Positions 1 through 8,800 of a stretch of DNA of 64,000 bases are shown here, piece after piece (the stretch's first letter is position 1; every line of letters starts with the position of its first letter). The notes beneath the pieces were generated by a model, which ran no database searches, was not told where the DNA came from, and was given only the letters and a program-made list of their open reading frames with translations. The stretch covers positions 64,001 to 128,000 of the forward strand of contig CAYYQL010000002.1 of NCBI GenBank assembly GCA_964473825.1. The letters run 5' to 3'. The position numbers and the translations under genes are program-made. The stretch comes from an uncultured archaeon (GTDB taxonomy: Archaea; Asgardarchaeota; Thorarchaeia; Thorarchaeales; Thorarchaeaceae).

Positions 1-209
1 ATGATTTCGTGCTTCAAGCACCACTACTCTCGGGCTTCATTCTTGGGTGGAGCTTGGCCCTGATAAACGGGGGAATACCACTGGCAATCTCGACTCAGAC
101 GCTATTCATGATCTATACCGTTGCAATAGTCCCAGTTCTTGTTGCGACCGTGGTGCCTGCATGGCGAAATGCAATCACTGACCCAGATATCGTACTGAGA
201 GGGGTATAG
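1..209 (+). CDS. ABC transporter permease (FtsX/MacB-like), C-terminal fragment truncated by the window edge
   Basis: Hydrophobic helices ending ...VPAWRNAITDPDIVLRG, typical of FtsX-type permease C-termini; immediately upstream of a LolD-like ATPase. Confidence 0.75.
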   Translation, partial: DFVLQAPLLSGFILGWSLALINGGIPLAISTQTLFMIYTVAIVPVLVATVVPAWRNAITDPDIVLRGV

Positions 210-210
210 C

Positions 211-897
211 ATGGAAACAGCAATTCGGATTGAGAGAGTTTCGAAATTCTACAAGTCTGGGAGAACGAGAGTCGCCGCCCTCGAAGATGTGACGCTGGGC
301 ATCAGGAAAAGGAGTGCAACGGTGATTGCAGGGCCAAGTGGCTCCGGAAAGACCACGTTGCTGAGCATGATTGGACTCCTTGCGAGACCATCAGAAGGGC
401 AGATATACATTCAGGGGCGCGAAGTATCAGGCATATCTGACATATTCAGAAGCAAAATCAGGCAGCAAGATATTGGGTTTGTGTTCCAGAATCAGTATCT
501 GTTGCCCCAGCTGACGGCCATTCAGAATGTGGCCCTGCCCTTTCTCGCCACCGATACTGCAATCAGTGATGCAGAGAAGAGGGCCAAGGAACAACTCTCT
601 GAGTTTGGACTAGAAGACCGACTCGACTTCCGAGTAGCAGAGCTGAGCGGAGGAGAGCAGCAGAGAGTCAGTATTGCCAGAGGGCTCATGAATGATCCTT
701 CCATTCTCATTGCAGATGAACCAAGCAGTTCGATGGAACAGGACTTGGTGGAGTACCTGCTTGACCTGCTTCGAGCCATGTGCGACAAGCACGGATTGAC
801 AGTGATCGTGGCATCGCACGACCCACGAGTGCTTGAATGGGGAGATGAGGTGTATCGCCTCTCAAGGGGGACTCTGGTTGATACTCAGAGTACCTAA
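211..897 (+). CDS. ABC transporter ATP-binding protein (LolD/MacB-like)
   Basis: Walker A GPSGSGKT, signature LSGGEQQRV, Walker B ILIADEP, switch SHD. Confidence 0.95.
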   Translation: METAIRIERVSKFYKSGRTRVAALEDVTLGIRKRSATVIAGPSGSGKTTLLSMIGLLARPSEGQIYIQGREVSGISDIFRSKIRQQDIGFVFQNQYLLPQLTAIQNVALPFLATDTAISDAEKRAKEQLSEFGLEDRLDFRVAELSGGEQQRVSIARGLMNDPSILIADEPSSSMEQDLVEYLLDLLRAMCDKHGLTVIVASHDPRVLEWGDEVYRLSRGTLVDTQST

Positions 898-1929
898 TCA
901 TCCAGTGATTGCAACAAGAAAATGAGATAGCAGAGATACCATACTGAAGAGAATACAGACTGTTGAGACCTTGAGGAGAACCGTTGAGAGGGGAGTGATT
1001 GACTGCTCATTGAGAGATTGATGCTGCCAGCTCCGCTCCATGATGGCTCTCCATCCAGCTGATGCAATTCCCACCCAGAATAGGACAGTGAAGAAAGCAG
1101 TATCTGGAAACTCCTGAAAGAGACAGTAAGGACAATGATGGTCGGGCAGTCCGAGGACCAGCGGGGCGTAGGTATCGTGCAGCACGAACAGATAGACAAG
1201 TCCTGCAGAGAGAGCCAGAATAAGGGTCGGAACAGACCGCGTTCTGGGTTTGATGGGGCTCCACTGAACCAGAATAAGGATAGATGCCAGGATGACCAGA
1301 ACCACAAGAAGAAACATTCCGAATTCAGGGCCGAAGAGAGAAGAGGGAGAAAATGGGGGATCGACATCGTAGACACTTCCGCAGCAGGGAGCGAAGACTG
1401 GCTTTACGGTCGCCACAAACAGGACATCCAGTGCCGCCTCGATGACCACCATGGGCAGAAGAATCAGAAGGAATGAACGGGCTAAGTGTGTCATAAGAGG
1501 GAGTTGCGGATGGGTCCGGTTTGCCAGTTCAAGGACAATCCAGGCACCATAGGCAAAGGGTAGCACAATCTTCAATGTCAAGTCGATGAAAGAATACGGA
1601 CTGCCCACATTCATGACACCATAGGCGCACATCGCGCCCGGACAGAAGGGAACAAGGGACTGAAGCATCCAGAAGAAGACAGGCACGATGAGAAGGCGTC
1701 CAAGCAGAACGATGATACCAATCATGGAGAGAAGGTAGTACTTCTGTTCTGATGCCTCATACTCTTCGAGATTCTCCCGCGAGTCCTCCAGCATATCCGA
1801 CGCTATGAATCCCCCATACAGGGCCAATGCCAAGGAGAGAATGCCCACTACAAGGACGATGATTGTGGTCACCGTGAAGATCATGCATCGCACCAATCCC
1901 TGAGAAACAGAAGACTGGCAATAAAACAT
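898..1929 (-). CDS. Cys-rich polytopic membrane protein (true start probably ~1887, MIFTVTT)
   Basis: About 7-8 hydrophobic segments with motifs CPGAMCAYG, PCCGSVY and HHCPYC; next to the ABC transporter. Confidence 0.7.
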   Translation of the reverse strand: MFYCQSSVSQGLVRCMIFTVTTIIVLVVGILSLALALYGGFIASDMLEDSRENLEEYEASEQKYYLLSMIGIIVLLGRLLIVPVFFWMLQSLVPFCPGAMCAYGVMNVGSPYSFIDLTLKIVLPFAYGAWIVLELANRTHPQLPLMTHLARSFLLILLPMVVIEAALDVLFVATVKPVFAPCCGSVYDVDPPFSPSSLFGPEFGMFLLVVLVILASILILVQWSPIKPRTRSVPTLILALSAGLVYLFVLHDTYAPLVLGLPDHHCPYCLFQEFPDTAFFTVLFWVGIASAGWRAIMERSWQHQSLNEQSITPLSTVLLKVSTVCILFSMVSLLSHFLVAITG

Positions 1930-2029
1930 TCCTACTGTTTCAAGCCTCTGTCATGATAAAGCAAGGCTCTGTTTTGTACGAACACTTAATCTGGGGGTCA
2001 GTAGACAAAGCTCTAGGTGATATTGTAGT

Positions 2030-2281
2030 ATGGTATTTGCAGGTGGTGCAGCTGGAGCTGCGGCGGCGGTACATTCTAGCTCCTATCGTGTGAAGTATAG
2101 GAAAGAGGAATTTCTTCGACTCGTACATCGTGCTGAGCCCGAGAGAGTATACCAGACAGGGCGAATGCATTTCTTTGCGTTCGACGGCTTTGTGATGTAT
2201 ACGTTCGAGTGTGAGGACGAAGACTTTCGACAGGAGATATTCCACGCTATCGAGTTCTCAAACATCCAGTGGTCGGAATAG
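2030..2281 (+). CDS. small hypothetical protein
   Basis: 83-aa ORF preceded by GGTGA SD-like sequence; protein-like composition. Confidence 0.65.
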   Translation: MVFAGGAAGAAAAVHSSSYRVKYRKEEFLRLVHRAEPERVYQTGRMHFFAFDGFVMYTFECEDEDFRQEIFHAIEFSNIQWSE

Positions 2282-2345
2282 AACAGCAGTCCTCTGTCCG
2301 GGTATTATATGTGGACAGGTTCCAGTTGGAACAAGCGTGAATCTC

Positions 2346-2906
2346 ATGACTGACAAAGAAGCACCGGACGACAAGGAGGAGTTCGGCGAGGCAGATCTCT
2401 TCGAGGCCATCTCTCACGAAACGAGAATCCGTGCTCTCTTTGCACTCAGAGATGAGCCCCTTGGCTTCGCGCAGCTCAAGAGAGAACTAGGCATCTCGAG
2501 CAGTGGAAATCTACAACATCATATCATGAAGCTCGGAGGTCTCGTTCAGACGGATGCAGCTGGCAACTACATACTTACTGACCAAGGACGAGAGGCACTG
2601 ATTGCGGTGCGCACAGTCAGAAATCTTGATGATCAGCTGGAGTTCAACCTGCGAGCGATGACGTTGATTATGGTGTTCGCCTATTATGTTGTCCAGATGA
2701 ATGTCCCCTTCATACTGGGAACTGTGACTGCCATGACTCCCATCACAGCACTGTTAGGCACTGCGGTCTCCGGAGTGATATGGTATGTGCTTTGGAGAGC
2801 TGCCTTTCAAGTCATGCAAAAGAACCGAGCTTTGCGTGTTCCCGTCGCCTCCTTGGGCCACTCTTGCCTGCTGGTGATGGACAAGCCTCGATGCTCTGTA
2901 TCCTGA
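2346..2906 (+). CDS. ArsR-like winged-helix protein with C-terminal transmembrane segments
   Basis: LFEAISHETRIRAL...FAQLKRELGISSSGNLQHH...YILTDQG is a wHTH pattern, followed by two hydrophobic helices; ATG at 2346 preferred over the ORF-track start. Confidence 0.8.
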   Translation: MTDKEAPDDKEEFGEADLFEAISHETRIRALFALRDEPLGFAQLKRELGISSSGNLQHHIMKLGGLVQTDAAGNYILTDQGREALIAVRTVRNLDDQLEFNLRAMTLIMVFAYYVVQMNVPFILGTVTAMTPITALLGTAVSGVIWYVLWRAAFQVMQKNRALRVPVASLGHSCLLVMDKPRCSVS

Positions 2907-3348
2907 CCTCGGTGATGAGCCGTACCGCAATTTCAGTGGTTCTGAAACCTACTACACGCGGCTTGAAGAAGTTCAGTTTGTCATCGGGCACATGAGCTTC
3001 TGGTTCGACAGCTGGTCTGGATGGACTGCGTTGTCAATCTAACCACTGGAGGTCCGTTCTACTACCAGGACTGGACATACGATTACACCGTCCATCCAAA
3101 CTACATGCCCAATGGCTTTTCTCTCCTATCAGCGGTGTTCCTTGTTGGATGGTGATGCATTCATTCCTGCACTTCGTAGAGCTCTCAACAGAGGTGATTC
3201 TCTCGTCTTGGATCGCCCTCTTTGAGTCCAAGAAGATCTATAGAATGGTGTGGCAGGAGGTAGTTCTCAAGATTTTAAAAAAGGTTAGATGGCTGTCCTA
3301 TCTCCCTGCCAAAATGCCTATATACCAAACAGCAATGAGGGCCTCATA

Positions 3349-3425
3349 GGGCCGATGGCTCAGCCCGGTAGAGCGACAGGCTCTTAACTTGTTGGTCGCG
3401 GGTTCGAATCCCGCTCGGCCCGCCA
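3349..3425 (+). tRNA. tRNA-Lys (anticodon CTT), CCA encoded
   Basis: Cloverleaf: GGGCCGA/TCGGCCC acceptor, GCTC/GAGC D stem, ACAGG-CTCTTAA-CTTGT anticodon arm, GCGGG-TTCGAAT-CCCGC T arm, G73, CCA. Confidence 0.97.
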
Positions 3426-3550
3426 CCTGTTCTTCAGGAGGTACTCCTCACTTCCAATTGTTCTCCGTAATTGATGGAACCCAATACCTGCTAAGCCACC
3501 AGTCGTTGATTGTCTTATGGACTAGCTGGTCCTCCCAGCAACGACACTGG
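3426..3550 (-). ncRNA. candidate omega/reRNA-like guide RNA overlapping the 3' end of the TnpB-like gene
   Basis: Three predicted hairpins (3499-3508/3539-3550 spanning the stop codon; 3452-3459/3469-3479; 3436-3440/3444-3448), located where TnpB omega-RNAs are encoded; boundaries inferred. Confidence 0.4.
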
Positions 3551-5678
3551 GTTTTCTCATATCAACTTCAATGATGTTCCGCGCCGCGTTGACATCAGCA
3601 TGGAAGTATGCAGCGCAGTTCTCACAGTAGAAGTATTCCCCGCCCTTGTACTCCTCTGTCGACCCTTCGCACTTCACCCTCACCCCTGTCTCCCCGCAGA
3701 TGTGACATTTTCGAGATGTCCATGCTGGACTCACCGTCCAGACGGCGCCGTAGCAATGCCCAAGAGCCTGACGCATATACCGCACGGTCTCAAGCACCTG
3801 TGACCACAGGTTGAACGACAACCGCCAGGATAGGTCCCCGTAGCCCTTGGGCGGCTGGTAATTCTTCAGATTCTCGAAGTACAGGGTCTTGACTCCGTGC
3901 CTCTCGCAGAACCAGACGGCCCTTGAGGCAATCTGCCGAGCTATCTCACGATCGAGTCGTCGAACCTTCTTCCAGATGGCATCCAGATGTCGCTCCTTCT
4001 TCCTGAGGGGGCCGGGTCGAGGATAGTCTTTATCGTGCTTGCGCTCCCAGTTGTTGCGCATGAGAGCAACCCGTGAGGAGAGCGCCTTTGTCTGATGCCT
4101 GAGGAGGTTGCGTTTCCTCACCAGCTCGTCAAGAGAGACAAGCTCATCCACGTAACCCTGACCGTTCCGCACCGAGAGCACGATGGGCACACGGATGCCA
4201 CGATCTGCACCGGCCTTCCGCGTATACTCGCGTTCCCCAATGACTTCATCGACCATCTCCTGAGTGGGTGGGAGGAAGGGTATGTCCAGGATGACCCGGT
4301 GACCACGCAAGAGCAGAGCGGGTGGACCACAGGTACGGGACTCCCTGAGTCGCTGCACCTTCTCCTTCAGTTGTGCCAGCTTCTCGGGGTCGGCGTTCTT
4401 GCGGTTCTTCCATCTGTTCAGCTGATAGACGGCATGCTGAAGCTCGATGGTGTTGGTCAGCTGCTCGTGCTGGTCCTCGTATTTTCGTGCTCGAAAGCGA
4501 AGTTTCTTTGCTCTCAGGTGCTTGCCCTGAGCCTCCGCCTCCGCTGCCCTTACTCTGTCCTCTCTTGCGGCCCGGGGTAGCCAATCAAGGAAACGAAACG
4601 CAAGAGTCCGCGTCTTGTATGGAGAGGTCTCATGTGTTTCTCCCTCCATGTGCTCAGGGAGCTTCAGGAAAAAGAGGATCTCATCTTCCCTGTTGAGGTC
4701 CCGAGAGTACCAGTATCCTTGACTGGGAGTGTTCTCCGTGCTGGCAGAGAAGTCCTCCGTATGGGAGTACATCCTGGGAGTGGCGAAGGGGTAGCCCTTC
4801 TTGTGCCAGTGACGGAGCCGCCACTTGGCAGTTGTAAGGATGCCTTTTGCTGTCTGTTCTTCCTTGAGATACCTGCGAATCCGTCCCCGCTGGTAGGGAC
4901 GAGTCCCAAGCGGTTCTCCTCTCTTCTCGAGAATCGAGTGGTCCAGTCTCCGGCGGAGCTGCTTGAGGACCGAGAGGCTGTAGTAGAAGCCTGTCCCGTT
5001 GTTCTTGGTGGACTCACACGCTGCTCGGACTGCCTTGGTCAGGTCGCTTGCGATGTACCGGTTCTTCAGCAGCCGGATCAGGTCGGTCTCGTTCTCACAG
5101 AGATACTCGATAGCTGTCTTCATCAGCTGTCGTCGCAGCCAGTTGGACTGGATGATGCGCGCAGCATGCTCCAGCGCGTTTCGATACAGGCGTTCGAAGC
5201 ACTGCTTTTGGATCTCAGGGTGACTCCTGTATCTCACAGAGTCCTCGTTCTTGAGAAGAGCGTAGCCCTGTCTGGGATACGAGGCCAGCTCCTCGCCGAG
5301 AAACGCAAACCGTCCCTTGTCAGCATACACTCGTTCAAGAACCTCGTTCACCAGTGAGACAAACGTCTCGAAATAGGAGCCAAGAAGAGAGAGGTCGATG
5401 TTGTTGACCTTCCGCCCGGTGGCTGCGGAGAGGCGCTCCTGAATCGCAGCAAGTTCACCCCTTCGGAATCGTGGATCTGGCCCCCTTCCCTTCCCCCTCT
5501 TGTTCACCTCGCGATGAACGGAGCAGAGGGAGAACTTGGAGGTCAGGTACTTCAGACCCGTACCGTGGTGCGTTGTTGATGTGACCGATATAAAGTTGTC
5601 ATCCATTGTCTGTTGCTTCTCCGAGGGATCCCTCGTAGCATGCTCCCGGGGATGACGCCGGGCTTCTTTCGTCATCAA
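3522..5678 (-). CDS. tnpB: large TnpB/Cas12-like RNA-guided RuvC endonuclease (718 aa)
   Basis: RuvC-I KAGADRG (D492), RuvC-II LYFENL (E602), SPAWTSRKCHICG...YCENC zinc ribbon, RuvC-III HADVNAARNI (D695); long helical N-terminal region. Confidence 0.9.
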   Translation of the reverse strand: MMTKEARRHPREHATRDPSEKQQTMDDNFISVTSTTHHGTGLKYLTSKFSLCSVHREVNKRGKGRGPDPRFRRGELAAIQERLSAATGRKVNNIDLSLLGSYFETFVSLVNEVLERVYADKGRFAFLGEELASYPRQGYALLKNEDSVRYRSHPEIQKQCFERLYRNALEHAARIIQSNWLRRQLMKTAIEYLCENETDLIRLLKNRYIASDLTKAVRAACESTKNNGTGFYYSLSVLKQLRRRLDHSILEKRGEPLGTRPYQRGRIRRYLKEEQTAKGILTTAKWRLRHWHKKGYPFATPRMYSHTEDFSASTENTPSQGYWYSRDLNREDEILFFLKLPEHMEGETHETSPYKTRTLAFRFLDWLPRAAREDRVRAAEAEAQGKHLRAKKLRFRARKYEDQHEQLTNTIELQHAVYQLNRWKNRKNADPEKLAQLKEKVQRLRESRTCGPPALLLRGHRVILDIPFLPPTQEMVDEVIGEREYTRKAGADRGIRVPIVLSVRNGQGYVDELVSLDELVRKRNLLRHQTKALSSRVALMRNNWERKHDKDYPRPGPLRKKERHLDAIWKKVRRLDREIARQIASRAVWFCERHGVKTLYFENLKNYQPPKGYGDLSWRLSFNLWSQVLETVRYMRQALGHCYGAVWTVSPAWTSRKCHICGETGVRVKCEGSTEEYKGGEYFYCENCAAYFHADVNAARNIIEVDMRKPSVVAGRTS

Positions 5679-5873
5679 CAGTACACCTCTCTCTTGTGTG
5701 GCTCAGAAGTTATAATCTCATAATCCGTTATAAAGTTACCAAGCAAGATTGCTTCTTGTCGGCTTAAAAGGATTATTAGGCTTTTTTACTTAAAATAAAG
5801 GCTTATGAGAGAATTTTGCTTCTTACAAATAGTCTAGAATATCTATATAAATAACCATGACCAATGGATAGAA
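5679..5873. promoter_or_regulatory. AT-rich divergent promoter region shared by the TnpB-like gene and the 1555-aa gene
   Basis: TATA-like boxes TTATAA (~5710, ~5728) and CTATATAAAT (~5844); TTGCTTCTT occurs twice. Confidence 0.55.
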
Positions 5874-8800
5874 GTGTCGCGTCTAGGGAGTTCAGGGAAA
5901 CCAAGCCAGATTCTGGCCCAATCAGTCATGACTGGGCTTGCTGCCTTAGTCAGACTGGCGCAGGCTCGAGGTAACTCCCAGACCCAGAAGTATGTCAACT
6001 CCATGACTGAGGTCTGGACTAGTGCGAAGAAGGAGCTGAAAGAAAATCAGGTCTTGAGCCCCCATGACTTCTCTTCTGTCCAGAATATCGAACATCTCTT
6101 GCGTCAGAGGTGGCTGGACATAATCTGGCACAGCACGAAACGGTACGGCAATCGTGAGTTCAAACGGATATACAGCTGGCGAGAGGGAAGTGTGGGTCCA
6201 CTGAATGGTCTACTGAACTATGCGGGAGCTCGTCTCCGAGATCTCGCTACAACTCACTACTCCTTTCCCGACCCGCAGCACTATCTCATCTTGCAGTACT
6301 CTGACGGTATCAAGACAGTCGTGCCTCAATCAGCCATATCAGAGGATGTCCCTAAAGATGTCGCGAAGAAGTATTGGCGAGTCGGCTATTCTGGTGACTC
6401 CAAGAGTCCACGTTTCTTGCTCTCACACCCTACACTTCCAGAACTCGATTTCGTAGACATGATCCGCGGACACGTACAAGAGCTCTGCCGACAACTCTTC
6501 ATCTACAACGTTCCGCGAAACGAGGCCCACCGATACATCCGCCTTCTTGTTCACAGACTCAAGCCCTTCCTGGACTGGTTCTATTCTCAAGGCGAAATAG
6601 GGCGAAAGGACTTCTATCCCGATGGAGACAGAGAACTGAGGGATATTGTACTCGAGGTACGGGCCGTGTATGGGCGTCGGGCTGGTAGACGAGAGCGTCT
6701 TTCCGACCAACTTGAGTGGAAAGACACGGCCCCTCTCACAGTAGAGTTCCTCAAGGCTCATGCAGAATCACTCTGCAATGGCTCGACATCGGAAGAGATC
6801 AGGGATGCTTGTGATAAAATCCTCGGCTACATCAATTCGGAGTATATTACCGAGCCTGACTTGCAGAAGCTCGAGGACCAGATTTCTGCCATCAGCCAAC
6901 GCGAGGGAAATGACTGGCACCGGGTGCTTCTCTCAGTCTTCCATCATCCGCGATCTCTGAAGTCGGTACTGTTCGCCGGGGACTCGATGTTGGAACGCCC
7001 TACAGACAGACAGTTCTTCGCTGAGGTGCCCATCCGTTCAAACACGGGCCATGGCAAGGCAGACTTGGTGCTCTTTGTTCGACGAAGTGTTGGACAGCGC
7101 ATGGTCTGGACTCCCGTAATGATTCTCGAACTCAAGACGAAGACCGCCTTCGACTACAACCTATACTGGATGCGACCACGGACGAAGAAGAACTACTCTG
7201 TTCCGGTGTTACATGGCTGGAAGACACGACTGACGCCCAAGGATTGGTCGACCATATCGACCTCCCTGCCCATCAAACGGACACGTGAACAGCTGGCGCT
7301 CTATGAGAAGATACTCCTTCGTGAGTACAGACAATTAGTACCTCAGGATGCATTTGCTCCCCGTGAGCTATGGAAGGGTGTCGTCATTGTTGACACGGCA
7401 GAGAGCTACGGGTCGATATTGGATGCTCTTGAGGGGATGCTTTCCAGCCTCCAGGCAGACCCAGCAGGCTTCGTTTCTACAATGGGGTGGACCTCTCACA
7501 GGTTCAAGAAGTCGGGAGGAGGTGACCGAATAGCCCTCCTCAAATCTCCCTGTTCGGGGCCCGTAGGCGTACTGCGAGAAGCTGTCATGGCAGATAAGAT
7601 CAAGTTAGACGATCCCTTTGAGCATCGGATCGCTGACGAACGCACTCTCACGCAGTATATCTCTGTTTCCTCAGCCACCTCTGGAGGAAATGCCGCTGCA
7701 TGGCATGCAAAGAACTGGCACCTCTTACATCACATTGACGAAGTCGTGGAACAGTGTCCCTCTACTGCCTCCGTCTGGTGGCTTGACTTGTTGGGAAGTC
7801 TTCCTGAACATCTGCGTAAACGGCGTTTCGGCCTGGACGACAAGTCATCGGATTTGCTCGAGAATATCACGTTCCTAAATCTGAGCAATGAGGTCGAGTC
7901 GTTTCTCAAAAGGAAATCAAACATCGTGCAGAGCCTTACCACCATCCCTGGGCCGGATAAGACAGAACACGTAATCATCATAGATGGCTGGGCGGACCTG
8001 AACCGGATGACTCCAACCTTGCAGAAGGAACGGCTCTTAGCTCTCGAATACGCTATCCTTGATACACTACCTGACAGGAATGTCAACATCATCTGGGTGG
8101 ATAGTGGCGTGAAAGGCACAAGGATGAACGAAACCTACCAACGGCCGTGTCTTGATGTTCTGCCCTATGACTCTCCTAGGCGTTTCCAGTTGGATGAGGT
8201 CATCTGGAATATACCCACTGCTCCCAGAGTATTCGGGTGGCAGACTCCCTATGCCGATGAGAAACGGATAATCGTTCAAGATACACCGACGAGTGCTCCT
8301 CCTTGGACCACTATGATTGAGGTGCCCATCCTTAGGAAGTGGGCGCGGAAGTTTAGGGGCGGCCCAAAACGCGACAAGATAGTGGCCGAGGAAGTCATCA
8401 TGGAAGAGCTAGTCACTACGCAGTCGATGTACGGACGAAACATAGTACTCGGGGACATCCAAGGTACAATCTCCTACCTCACAGAACAGACAGTCCAAGA
8501 TCTCCAGGCCGAGGCGATGACTGTCTCGCCGGCTCTTCTTCGCCCGAGGGACGAAGAAAGCATTGCCTTGGTGGCTGAACCGGAGAGCAAAAAGCACTCT
8601 TTCTCTAGTCGGTTAGTAGAGAAGGCTGAGGGGACATCGCTAAGAGAACGACTTCATCTCTGTCCGATTCATCCGCCTCCTAGTCCAAAACGAGCAACTG
8701 AAGCAAAGATGTATGCAAATCCTCTGGGTATCCCACGTCACTGGTATCACAAGACAGAGAGAGAAACTGAGGCTGAGAAACACTACACAAGGAAACCTCC

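Noticed and set aside
3433-3440. TTCAGGAG shared between the putative guide region and the start of repeat copy A (49988)
   Set aside because: Only 8 nt, expected by chance in 64 kb; not evidence of targeting
4095-5357. Long antisense ORFs (161 aa, 241 aa) over the TnpB-like gene
   Set aside because: Shadow ORFs expected on the opposite strand of a GC-rich gene; no motifs
5679-5873. CRISPR array or leader next to the Cas12-like gene
   Set aside because: No regularly spaced direct repeats here, in 3426-3521 or in 10542-10851; only a 9-nt TTGCTTCTT duplication
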